A stretch of DNA of 58,861 bases, the filler included, from Dirinaria sp. TL-2023a (taxonomy: Eukaryota), in NCBI GenBank assembly GCA_051941275.1. It is 4 parts of 4 records of this genome, joined end to end, with 100 filler letters (N's around TTAATTAATTAA, not from the genome) between each part and the next. Parts side by side here need not be neighbours in the genome. Positions count along the whole stretch, not along the records: positions 29,520 to 44,157 come from JAVEBF010000593.1; positions 44,258 to 58,861 come from JAVEBF010000594.1; 2 more parts are not named here. One strand, written 5' to 3'. A model generated the notes under the pieces. That model made no database searches, was not told where the DNA came from, and worked only from the letters and a program-made list of their open reading frames with translations. Position 1 is the stretch's first letter; each line of letters opens with the position of its first letter. The translations under genes and the position numbers were made by a program. Shown here piece by piece: positions 37,322 through 49,554 of the stretch.

Positions 37322-40300
37322 TTAGCTGAGCGCTGCGTACTGTATCCCCTGTGAGGCCGAGACTGTACCAATCTGCGACTTCGGGTAGCAGTTGGCTTGG
37401 TTGCTCCCTACTGGGTACCCAGTGAAGGTCACAGCCACGCAAGTGTTGTAGGTACTGCAGTATGTCAAGCAGCCATCAAGCGTATGCGCCACCGTGGATA
37501 AAAGATCGTTTCCTGTGATGGTTTTATTGCAGCCGATTGTGTAGCTATTGCCAAAGGCGTCAGTAATTTTTTGCCCGTCGTCTTGTGTACACAGCTGCTG
37601 GTTGCTATTTGCTCCCGTCGTTGTTCCGCCATTGACAGGAACACCGCTATATACACCGTCTGCTCCTGCTTGGTCGTCGTAAAACCGAAAGGTCGAGTAA
37701 GGGTAGCAATTGGACTGTGTCGTCTGGGCCCCATCCAGATAGGTAACCGCAGCGCACCCTGAAAGGATATCACAATATTCAATGCATTTGCCGAATGTAT
37801 CAGCATGCGCTGCATAAAGATTATCCCCATCGATATTGCGACCGCATTTGACTTCGAACGTTGTGCCGAAGACATCAGTGTAACGTGTGTTGTTGTTAGC
37901 GGGGCAAGTTGGATTGGTCAAGGTAGGCTCTGCTGATGAGCCCGTGCCTGTGCCTGTAGCAGACTGAGTATTCTGGACTGCATGCGTTGAAGATGTACTA
38001 CTCTGAGTATTCTGGACCGGGGCCGGCTGACTGGTAGAAGAGCTGCTTTGCGACGTCGAGCCAGAAGAAAGCTGATTGGAATTGGACTTGTAAGCACTAT
38101 ATTGGCCGTTCTGGTTGTAATTGGTGGACGAGATACTGGATTTGAGATAACAGTTACCGCCAGGATTTCCGTCGCCCCAGGTGACGGCCACACACGACGC
38201 ATCATTCGCCGTCTGCGGACTTGGCACATAGTTGTCGCATGCAGCAATACAGGCTTGGAAGCTGTCCACGTGAGGTGAAATAAGATCCGTCCCGTAGTAG
38301 CTGGTGTTGCACTGGATGGTGTATGATGCTGACGCACTACTAAGGTATTGTTTACCGTCATACGCTTGACAAGGGTACTCAGGGCTGGATGGAGTCGCAG
38401 CGGATGAGCCGGCGGATGAGGTTGTGGTCGCAAGGGGGGATGAGGTAGCTCCAGGTGGACTTGTGGCCGTCTGACTGTAAGTATCCTGGCCCAGAGACTC
38501 ACTCTGTACATTCTGTGGTTGATAACTGATCATACGCCCACTCTCGATGCCTCCATCGCCATAGTTGATCGTTGTAATTGCATATTTCAGGTAGCAATTG
38601 CCACCCACATTACCGGCCCCGTAACTGGCTGCAACGCATTTTTTACCATCAGCAACGCTCGCCGTGGGTGTATAATTATCACATGCAAGCAAGCAGTCCG
38701 AGAAACTGTTTACATGCGGTGTTGTGAGGTCGTTGCCGGGAAAATCAGTCCCGCAATAAACTTGATATTGCTGACCCGATGAATCAGTGTAAGTGCCGGG
38801 AGTGCATGTGCCACTCGAGCTCGTAGGCAAAGGTGATGCAGAGCTACCTGCGCCTGTAGAACTCAAGCATGGCCCGCTTTGACAACCATCGCCACAGTGG
38901 GCGGCGTCGCTACCGCAGTACTATCAAATATCAACTGAAGGTTTCTTTTCACATCATCAGGAAAACTACTTACGCCGTACTGGGAGCAACAAGATCCTTC
39001 CGGCCAATTGCCGCAGATTGTGTTGCCATTATTCACGCCACATGTGCCATCAGTGGTTTGCTTGCCTCCAGTGTTACTCGTGCCTGGAGAAGTCGAGCTC
39101 GAAGGTGAAGGCGATGCAGAGCCCCCTGCGCCTGTGGAACTCAAGCATGGCCCGCTTTGACAGCCATCGCCACAGTGAGCGGTATCGTTGCCGCAGTACT
39201 ATCAAATATCAACTGAAGGGCTCTTTTCACATCAGAAAAATACTTACGCCGTACTGAGAACAGCAAGATCCTTGCGGCCAATTGCCGCAGATTGTGTTGC
39301 CATTATTCACACCACATGTGCCATCAGTAGTTTGCTTGCCCCCAGCAGCACTACCTGCGCCTAGAGAAGTCGAGCTTGAAGGCGAAGGCGATGCAGAGTT
39401 ACTTGCGCCTGTAGTAGAAGTCAAGCATGGCCCGCTTTGACAACCATCGCCACAGTGAGCAGTGTCGTTACCGCAGTACTATCAAATATCAATTGAAGGG
39501 TTTTTTCACATCAGGAGCAATACTTACGCCATACTGAGAACAACAAGATCCTTGCGGCCAATTACCGCAGACTGTGTTGCCATTATTCACGCCACATGTG
39601 CCATCGGTAGTTTGTTTGCCTCCAGCAGCACTACCTGCGCCTGGAGAAGTCGAGCTCGAAGGCAGAGGTGATGCACCGTTGCCTGCGCCTGGAGACGTCG
39701 AGCTCGCTGAAACAGGATTTGTTGAAACAGATGATCCGGTCGCTGCTGTGTTTGCTGGTGTGGTCGTTTGGCTACCTTGGCCTAGAGACTCACTCTGAAC
39801 GTTCTGAGGGTTATAGCTGACCAAACGTGCACTATCTATGCCTCCGTCACCAGAGTTGATCGTCGTTATCGCATACTTCAGATAGCAATTGCCACCCGGA
39901 TTGCCCGCCCCATAACTAACTCCAACACAGGGCTTACCGCCAGCAGCGTTCGCATTAGGAACGTAGTTATCACACGCGGCCAAGCAATCGGCGAGGCTGC
40001 TTACATGCGGTGTTGTCAAATCATTCCCGGGGAAGTCAGTGCCGCAGTAGATTTGATACTGCTGACCCGATGCATCAGTATAAGTGCCAGGAGTGCATGT
40101 GCCGCTCGTAGGCAAAGGCGGTGCGTTGCCTGCGCCTGCGCCTGTAGAGGTTGAGCCCACTGGACCAGATGATCCGGTCGCTGTATTCGCAGATGTGGCC
40201 ATCTGAGTGTTGGTACCTTGACCCAGTGACTCACTCTGTACGTTTTGAGGGGTATAGCTGATCAAACGTGCGCTATCTATGCCTCCATCACCTGAATTTA

Positions 40301-42629
40301 TGGTTTTAATTGCATATTTGAGATAGCAATTGCCACCCGGATTGCCAGCTCCGTAACTAACTCCAACACAGGATTTACCACCAGCAACGGTTGGGTCGGG
40401 AACATAGTTATCACACGCAGTCAAGCAATCTGCGAGGCTGCTCAGATGCGGCGTTGTCAAATCATTTCCCGGGAAATCAGTTCCACAGTAGACTTGGTAC
40501 TGGTGCCCTGATGAATCACTGACAACACCGGGTGAGCATGCAGCACCGGGTGAGATCGTGGGGGCAGGCGTAGTGGCCACCGTGCTCGAAAACGTCTGCG
40601 TTTGCACACTCGTCACAGGAGACCCGTGAGGCTCGGTCGTCACCAAAGTGGACGTAGTGGTCCCAGCGATGACGCTCGAACCGCCCACTGGAGCCGCCGA
40701 TGTAGTTGATGTGACGAATGAAGAGCCTCCAGAGTCCGTGGTGGTGTACTGAACCACGGTGGACGAAGGGCTCGAAATTGGGAAGGTCGATGTAGTTGAC
40801 GTGGTATATGTGGAGCCAGAAGAGTCCGTGGTAGTAATTGGGATGACAGTGATTGAGCGGCCAGAACCCGGGAAGGTCAGTGTGCTTGAAGTTACATATG
40901 AATGGCCAGAAGCGTCCGTGGTGGTATATTGAACTATACTTGTTGAGGGCCCCGAAGTTGGGAGGGTCGATGTAGTTGAAGTGGTATATGTGGAGCCAGA
41001 AGCGTCCGTGGTAGTAATTGGGATGACAGTGACTGAGCGGCCAGAACCCGGGAAGGTCAGTGTACTTGACGTTACATACGAGTGGCCAGAAGCGTTCGTG
41101 GTGGTATACTGAACTATACTTGTTGAGGGACCCGATATTGGAAAGGTGGAGGTGCTTGAGGTAACATATGAGTGACCAGACGCGTCAGTAGTAGTGTACT
41201 GGACGATACTTGTTGTCAAGGGGCCCGAAACTGGAAAATTTGAGGTGCTTGATGTTACATATGGATTGCCAGAAGCGTCAGTAGTAGTGTATTGAACGAT
41301 ACTTGTCGTCAAGGGGCCCGATGCTCCGAAAGTCGAGGTGCTCGATGTCACGTATAGGTTGCCAGAAGCGTCAGTAGTAGTATACTGGACGATACTCGTC
41401 GTCAAGGGGCCCGATGCTCCAAAGGTCGAGGTGCTCGATGTCACGTATGAGTGGCCCGACGCATCGGTAGTAGTATACTGAACGATCGTTGTTGAGGGGC
41501 CCGGAACTCCGAAGGTCGAAGTGCTTGAGGTCACGTATGAATGACCCGATGAATCGGTAGTAGTATACTGAACGATAGTTGTTGACGGCCTCAAAACTCC
41601 AAAAGTCGAGGTGCTTGATGTTACGTATGAGCGGCCTGATGCATCGGTAGTAGTATACTGAATGATAGTCGTTGAGGGACCCGGTGGCAAGGTCGAGGTG
41701 CTTGATGTCACGTAAGAGTGGCCCGATGCGTCGGTAGTAGTATATTGAACGATAGTCGTTGAGGGCCCTGGAACTCCAAAAGTCGAGGTGCTTGAGGTCA
41801 CGTAAGAGTGGCCGGATGCATCGGTAGTAGTGTACTGAATAATAGTTGTTGAGGGGCCCGGAGGAAAAGTCGAGGTGCTTGATGTTACATATGAGTGACC
41901 AGATGCGTCGGTAGTAGTATACTGCACGACCGTCGTTGAGGGGCCCGAAAGTGGAAAAGTCGAGGTACTGGATGTCACGTATGCGTGGCCAGAAGAGTCG
42001 GTAGTGGTGTATTGAACCACTGATGTTGAATATCCAGAGCCTGATGAGCACGTCGGGCAATGGTATACAATTCCATATCGTGGTGAACCGCCACACTCAG
42101 ACGCGTTACCGGTACACTGCGTAGAACAACCGTATGTGCCAATGTCCGCCGGCGGTCCAGCAGGTGCTGAGGATCCGCATGTGCACTCGTCGCCTAAGGT
42201 AGTCAAGTAAGCAACTATAACCTCAAAACGGGATATACGAGATACCGTTCTGAACTGCAAAGTACGCAGAGCCTTTGCAAAATGAAGCACAGTATTCCAG
42301 AGTCATAGATGGACTGGTTGTTCGCGCTCCATCAAGAATGGATCCGGATGGTCCAGCGTCAGAGCATCCATCAAGATCGTAAGTGCCATAGGGACTGTCG
42401 ACGGTCTGACCCAGGGTAGGCGATCCACTATAGATATTAGTCAAGAGTACTATCCAGCGCATCTATGAACAGCCTACCTGCCAGAGCCAGCGCCAGCTCC
42501 AGAGCCACTGGGGCCCGGGAACGCACCAGTAGTACACGTGGGAACCCTAACAGTCACTTTAGTGACAGCTTGAGCCAGCACAGCAGGGTTGAGTAGCCCG
42601 AGGGCAACACCGAGATGCGTGGTCCTCAT
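37322..42629 (-). CDS. Large secreted carbohydrate-binding / adhesin-like protein: signal peptide - WSC - 15 Thr-rich repeats - 2 PAN/apple - 3 hevein (CBM18) - 4 PAN/apple
   Basis: Signal peptide MRTTHLGVALGLLNPAVLAQA; WSC 'MTLEYCASFC..YFAVQNG|DECTCG..CSTQCTGNASECGG'; PAN-like 'YQVYCGTDFPGNDL...DCL.ACD...CVGVSY...NCYLK'; CBM18 'DGTCG..NG...CG.WPQGSCCSQYG|YCG....CGDGCQSGPC'. Introns near 42430-42477, 42195-42245, 39479-39527, 39199-39247 and 38921-38973. Confidence 0.85.
38865..39700 (-). repeat. Three tandem ~280-bp units, each a hevein domain plus its own intron
   Basis: Intron 3' ends at 39479, 39199 and 38921 (periods 280 and 278); intron sequences are clearly homologous (gtaagta...caNtTgatatttgatag). 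Confidence 0.92.
40680..42030 (-). repeat. Coding minisatellite: 15 units of 87-93 bp encoding (P)ST(T/S)IVQYTTTDASGHSYVTSSTSTF(G/P)xxG
   Basis: Counted directly in the translation of ORF 39489..42290. Confidence 0.93.
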
Positions 42630-43369
42630 TGCAAGACAAGAGACAGCCTAACAGTCGAAGCAAGAAGACATGTATGGATTAATTTTAGAACACGAAATGC
42701 AGCGTGCAGCTTGACTCTTGGTAATTAAAGAATAAGAAGAAGTGTCTTTCGAAGAGAGTATCCGGTTGGATAAAAATACGATGGAGCAAAACAAGAACAA
42801 ACATAATGAAATGAGGTTGGAGACTTCGGAATGCTTTGGAATGGTAAACATCGCGCTGGGCGGCCAATCTCTAGCCTCCTAGCATCGACTTCCATTCCTT
42901 TCTGCTTCCGGCAATTTGGATGCTCAAGTGAGAAATGTTCGATTAAGGAAAAGAGAGTAGAGAGGCTGGTGTGCCACATGGCAACGTCCATTCTGATTAG
43001 TATGCAATTTCACGCACGTTTCTGGCCCAAAGGTAAGAGCATGCGCTGACTCTGGACCAGTCCAGGAATGCTCGAATCCTGAAAATAGATCAGTCATTCG
43101 AGATTCGACTTCTAGGAAGGACGAAGTCGGAAATCGCTGGAAAACTACATGAAATTAAGGACAGGACACAGCTAATTAGGGGGGCGACACCAGCAACTGG
43201 ACCGTCGGCGATGCTTGGAGCGAGGGAGTAACTTTCGCTCGACCATGGATCAATCAACCATACTCGAATTCACCAGATGACACTTCGAATAGTTCAAATA
43301 TACACTTGCTCGCTGAGCTCTTTGCCATGCTAGGTCAAGGAGTAGCCAAAGTGGCTCTTTCACTTCCGC

Positions 43370-44157
43370 ATGGCTTTCCCACCATGCAAACAATGCTTTC
43401 AATATATCTATCGCCGCAAATCTCTGAGTAGACTTCGTGATTCCCGAGCGTTCACGTCTTATTTTTATCTTCGAAATGCTCAAGGCTCCATTTCCAGAGT
43501 CTCCGGTCGAGTGATCGAAGATGACTATGCCCAAATACGAGCCAAGTATCGTGAGCGGATCCCGATCTGGAAAGCCATTGGGATAAACGCTTAAAGGGAG
43601 GCAGAGACACCAAAGTATCCGATAGTGTTGGCTCATGGGCTGCTTGGCTTCGATGAACTCCATCTCGTGGGTCATTTGCTGCCAGGCTTGCGCTACTGGC
43701 GAGGTATCACGGAAGCCTTGACGGCAAATGGTGTCGAGGTTATCACTGCCTCGGTGCCGCCATCAGCATCCATTGAAGAAAGGGCGCAAAAGCTATGTGA
43801 AGATATCCAGAGTAAAGCCCACGGCAAAAACGTCAACATCATAGCGTAAGCGAAGTCTTAAGTCCGAAGCTTGCAAAGTACAAGATATTGAAACCTCACA
43901 GACATAGCATGGTTCGTTAAGCTAGCATTCCATCTGCAAGAACACTACCTAGGCTTACAGAGAGCTAGGGGTAAGTCTGAAACAGACCTGATAGAAATTC
44001 TGCAGGTTGCTGAGCAGACCTCATCAGCGGTCTGGACGCACGATATATGATTAGCCGCCTGCAACCCCCCAACGTCAATGTCCTTTCCCTGACCACCATC
44101 GCATCACCCCACAAAGGCTCTGCATTCGCAGATTACGTTTTCGATCGCATTGGCCGT
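43370..44157 (+). CDS. Triacylglycerol lipase (Tgl2-like alpha/beta hydrolase); truncated at contig end
   Basis: 'GRVIEDDYAQIRAKY', 'PKYPIVLAHGLLGF', 'YWRGI', 'SIEERA', spliced nucleophile motif 'IAHSMGGLDARY', and 'SLTTIASPHKGSAFAD'. Confidence 0.88.
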
Positions 44158-44257
44158 NNNNNNNNNNNNNNNNNNNNNNNNNNNNNNNNNNNNNNNNNNN
44201 NTTAATTAATTAANNNNNNNNNNNNNNNNNNNNNNNNNNNNNNNNNNNNNNNNNNNN
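44158..44257. other. Artificial contig spacer
   Basis: Same 44N-TTAATTAATTAA-44N linker. Confidence 0.97.
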
Positions 44258-44904
44258 GCTGCAGGGGAGTAACCCCTGACTATCCGGAAACGCGATGTCT
44301 CTCGTGGCGCCGGCCTTACCTAAAATACGAGTACAGAATACCCGACCTCGCTACGGTTCTCGTATCCGGCAAAGAATATTTTAGGACTTTTAAATGCACC
44401 TAAAGTAACATTCTAGCGCCTTGTCAATTAGTTGCCGTCTTCTTGGCAGCAAAATATAAACCAACACAAATAGTACAAGATGGACGTTGAAAGCACAATG
44501 TCTAGAGACTTCGGCATAACATGGTACATGGATTTGACTTCTCCACACTGACTGATCGTCGAGCGATTGCCCTGGTTCATGCCAACACCATGCTCGCTTT
44601 GCATGCACCGCGCCATTGGTCCAGCTTCCTTTCCCTCTGCCTGAAGTTCATCGATAACTGAGACTTCGTGCACCTTTCTTGGCAGACTTCGAAGGTGACA
44701 CTTTCGAATCCCTGTCATAGGTCCAAGGCGCAATCATGGGTTGACCTACATAACGTTCATGTGACGCTGCGGCTGTCGATGAAGGCTTAGAGCGCTTTGA
44801 ATCAATGTCCTATTGAAGCAGCGCCCCTTCTTGGCCATATGGCATTTGCGTATTGGCATAATTTGTTGGTTGCCTTGCTAAAGATGCAAGTAACCCCCTT
44901 TTCT

Positions 44905-47900
44905 TTAAGTCCTGTAAGCCCCGAAGGGCTTGCATCAGCCAGTTGTGACACGATGAAACCCATGGCTTCGGCCGCGGGCCGGCTATTAACGGAAAGAACG
45001 GGAGGAATGAGATCTTTGTTCATACCAATCCACATCGCTGAGCTGCAGCTTCCTGGCGCGCTGTCCGCTTCGGTTTGCGCCAGACCTGTCCGAGGGTGGC
45101 CGCGCACTCGCGTTGCTGGGTGATGCTTGACGCAGGGATGCGTTGTGTTGGTGCCTCTCGCCACCAAGACCTTGATACGGATGACTGTAAGTATTCGTAG
45201 ACTCGCACGGAAGATTAGGGTTTGGGTTGGAAAAGCAATCAAAGTAAAGATCATTGTCTATACCGCTTTGCTCCGTGCTTGAGCCTTGCAGGTCGTAATT
45301 CAAGACGAGGTTCTTGATACGCTGCTGCTCAGCTCGGTCCGCTTCCTGTTGATTCTTCATTGCAATGGCAAACTGTGAGTCCGAAGGCATTTCAATAGTT
45401 CTTGTCTACCGTAAGGTCAGCAAGAGTTGGTGGAGCGAAAATACCACGATCCCAACTCACTTGCTGCCGAGTCCCTTTCTTTGTCATCAAGGAGAATGCC
45501 ATGGTCCCTGGCGGTGTAGCCGTCCCTTCGTTGGGGCTATCCTCAGAGGCCAGAGACGCATCCTTCTGAGCGCGACGCATTGGCAAGGGAGCGTCGAACA
45601 TGGGTTTTCGATCAAACTTTCGCGAATCCAAGCTTTCCGACATCATCTTTGCCAGCTCTCGGTCGAACTCGGCTTCAGCTTCTGGATCATGCTCCTCTTT
45701 GAGTCGAGTTACAACGATGTCGTCACCGAAATCCGATTCTGCTTTGTCGTCGCCATTAACAAGAGGCTATTCAAGTAATCAGTGCGTGGTCCGTCTAGAT
45801 GTGAACTTCTCTTACTTCCGGCTCTGTCTCTTCACTGGATGAATGACCATCTTCCATATCTGGGATGGGCGCCTCGTCTTCGTCCGCCTCATCGCTTGAA
45901 AAGATACCGTCTTCCACTGGTTCAGGTTCGACGGTCTTCTCAGGCTCCTGTGTCTTGTAATTATTCGCAACCAACTCTGCGAAGGTGCGGCCAGCGTCTT
46001 CGTAACTACCAGCAAAATTCCATTGTGGTCTTGTCGAAGCATACGTATCGCGAATGAGGATCCCTATCTCCATAGGCAACCGATCCTTTGTATACAGGTA
46101 GTACTAATGGATTCGCATTAGCAGAGTAAAATCCCATTCCTCTACGCGAAAGTACCTGGAAGAAGGTCAAGAAGAAGTCGAGCCTTTTCTTCGCAGCGCC
46201 TCGGTCGAAACAGAAACCGCAAGTGTCGAGGATTGTGCACACAAGGCGGATGCGGAAGAAGTCGTTTGGAGAATCAAGTGGATTGATACGCTCACGCACT
46301 GGGGTTGCATCGGCTAAAATCCTCAGTGACAAGCTCCTTTCGGCAAGAGGCATACTCACAGTGCCCGAATCCAACAATACGGTATAGAGCATCGAAAATG
46401 ACAAAAGAATCGACCATTTTATAATTGTACAATTCTCCAAGATACTTAGCTTCAGAAATACGGCGCTGATTGTATTTGAAATCGTTTTGTTCAAGGCCTA
46501 AAGTTATGCGTTCGAGAAGGTTGTCGATACACATAATGACAAATTCTGGGTGATAACGGTAAAGAGACCCGATAGTTATTGCTAACAGATGGACATTATT
46601 GTGTTTGATTTTCTCAGGCTTGGAGAATATCCTCTCTAGAATGTCGACAACCTAGACAATATCAGTAACGGTCCACATACCACTCGACTTCCCTACCTCC
46701 TGCTCTTCCCAGTGTAGCTTCCGAATGGACTTCAAAACCTTGGGATAGTTACGCTTATTCATGTCAAGGTAGATGAGCTTGCTGATGAATATTTCTACTG
46801 GGGTCCGTTCTTTCTGCTGAATGGCGGCCCGTTCTGGCGGATTGACGAAGTAAATGGCGTTCTCGATAAGCATCCGTTCTTGGGGCGCGAGGTGCTGAGC
46901 TGCCTTCTTCCTTTGAAGTGTTTCCAAGAACGAATTTGCCCTAGGAGCGGTTTCCGGATTTCGCAAAAGGTAACGACCACAATTCTCCAGGAGATTACAG
47001 ATTATTTCAATGTTGATGCGTGAGAAATCATCTAAGCTGACTTTCAAGCAATGGAAAATTACGTGCTCAGGCACGACACCGAACTTAGTAAGCTCTGCGA
47101 GATAGCGGATGTTCCCAGTGCGTACTTGGCCTAGGAAGTCTTTCTGTTTGCGTCGTTGCAGGCTTCGAAATTCTTCATCTAGGTAAGATACGAGGCCATT
47201 TAGTATGTCGGGCAAGTACCTCCCTAGAGTAGCTACCAGCCTTGAGTACAGCGGCATCAAGTCTGATCGACCTTTGGGCACTTCTTGAACAGCCTTGATA
47301 AGGCGATTTCGCGAGGCTTTGGAATTGAGGAAGCAAAAGTCCACAGCTGCTTGATCGACCATATCCTTGGTTTGAAGGTCCGGCAGACGGACCAAAAGAG
47401 CGTCAACTTGTGCACCAACCGTTTTATTGGCGATCGCAGTAGACTGGTCGTCCGGCGCTGAAACTTCAAGCTTTTCTGACGTAGTTTTGACATCATTAGC
47501 ATTTAGAGCCTGGTCTTGTCGTTTGCCAACTTGAGAATCCTCTGCCCTTTTCCTCTTGCCGTCCTCGAGCAGAATGCCTGGCACTCGATCTTGCAGGTCG
47601 ATCAGGTTTTCATAGAAACGGCGCTCCTCCTCGTCTTCCCAGATACCCGCACCGTCTACTTGACCACGCAAATAATCCCCAGCCTTCACTAAGCCGATTC
47701 CACCTACTCCTCCCGTGTCATGCGCATCCTTCTGCTTCAGATCAGGCATCTCAGCACCGAGAACGTCACATAGTACCTGAGCATTGGCGATCATTCTCTC
47801 CTGGGCTTTAAATTGTCTATCATAATTGGCTTGTCGGTCCTCGAATACCTCGCCAGACTTGACATATGCTTCGGCGTTGCGCTTTGCTTGATTTGATATA

Positions 47901-48976
47901 GACTTCTGACAGCTGAGAAGGTGCTTTTTAACATCCTCAAAATAACGTAGGAGTATGCTCCGAAACCGCTGCTGTAGTTCAGACGTAGTGAGCGGGGGGT
48001 CATCCACGGCAGTGGGTGTTTGCGCATCCTCATCAGCAGAGCTTTGATCAGTTTCACTGGCAGCGGCAATCGCTGGACCATTTGCTTCGACGGTCCTAAG
48101 TCCCCCTTCAGCTGTGGATCTAACTCCCAGAATATCCCATGCAAAACTTTTAATGAACTGTACAACAAGAGGTAGATTCGAATGTTCCCTATCGTGTCCT
48201 AGAAGATCCTTTAACACTTCGAGAGGGAAGGGCTCTGCATCCGAACTTTGAACCGTTTTCGTTACGCTCTGCCCGGGCTTGGATTTAGTCATCGCTTCAT
48301 TCAATTTACTATGAGCGGGGCCGATATTTTCCTTGCCTCGAGCGGTTGCGTCTTCGGGCCTAGCTACATCGTCCAAGCTTCGGAGTAAGCCAACCAGCCA
48401 TAATTCCGTTACGACTCTCAGCAACACTCGCTGGCGGATGAGCCGTTCCTTCTCTTCCTTCTCCCTCGCATCTTGGCCCAGCGCTTTTAACTGCGACTTC
48501 TCCGGGGTACTAAGACCCCTACCAAGGAGCCATCCGAGGTAGCAGGTGTAGTCTGCGGGGCCGAAACGCTGGTGGAGGGCACTGACAATTTCTACACCGG
48601 CCGCAACTTCTCCAGGAGTTTTAAGCCTGCATAGACCTTCGTAGCTCGCTGAGATAATTTCTGAGAGGTACTTCTGTAACGAAAGTGTCCGTATCTCTTG
48701 TAGGAAAGTGGGTGCACTCGTAGCAGTGATGGCTGTTCGTAGACGTTTAATGAAAGCTGTATTCTTTTTCAGAGATGAATCTAGATTTGTATTGATAGAG
48801 AAAATGTCTGCAAGCACTATCAGCATGGTTCGTGTCCGAGCAATGCATCAAAACCAACCATTCTCGCCCGCCCATGCCTGGGAGTTAATTTCGCGCAATT
48901 CGCCTTGAGACGGGTCATCAGCGTCCGCAAGCCTCCAAATGTCTGGGGAAAGCTCACGCTTCGTTCTGCGATCCAT
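44905..48976 (-). CDS. UPF2: Nonsense-mediated decay factor Upf2/Nmd2
   Basis: MDRRTKR start; MIF4G motifs 'LDSSLKKNTAFIKRLR', 'IWEDEEERRFYENL', 'RYLAELTKF', 'LLENCGRYL', 'KYLGELYNY', 'FFRIRLVCTILDTCG'; C-terminal 'EQQRIKNLVLNYD...LQLSDVDW'. Stop at 44905 if the last intron is spliced, 44986 if it is retained. Confidence 0.93.
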
Positions 48977-49554
48977 GCAACTACTACAAGTTAGGTAGCT
49001 TCCAAAAGCCAATTCCTGGGGTGTTCGGGTATGTCTCAAAATCTAGGAAATTGCAACGACTTTGTCGCCACAAGCTGCAAAACTTTGACTTGCGGAAACG
49101 GGGGCATTGGTCCTGGATGTGATGCATACAGCAGATTGATTGGTTAAAGTAAGATCTTACGAAATTGCGCAAGGTCCTAACAAGAGCGGAGGTATGTTTA
49201 CACCCTAGGCACATGTAAGGTACCTTATGTTGAAGTACTGTAGTGGGTTCGCAATCGATAAAGCAAGGCGCGAGGATTATGTAAAGTACATAACTAGCGC
49301 AGTCCGTTACATTGATCTGCAACAGGGGTTTGATTTTAGGTAAATCGCGCCTGAGGGAGAGGGGCAGCTGAGTTTTTTGGACTCTTCACATGATTACCAT
49401 TGTGTGCTGGGTAGCAGGATTCGCATGATAATTATGCACTAGATGTCTAATGAGCAACTCAACACGTCTGACACTCTTCCACCATCCATGTCAAATCTTC
49501 ATAATAAGGTGACCGGCTTGTTGGGGCAACGCCGCTGCCGTCGTTCGGTTAGCG

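Noticed and set aside
40680..42030. Regularly spaced repeats resembling a CRISPR array
   Set aside because: Units are in-frame coding repeats with synonymous variation and no unique spacers; eukaryotic context, no cas genes.
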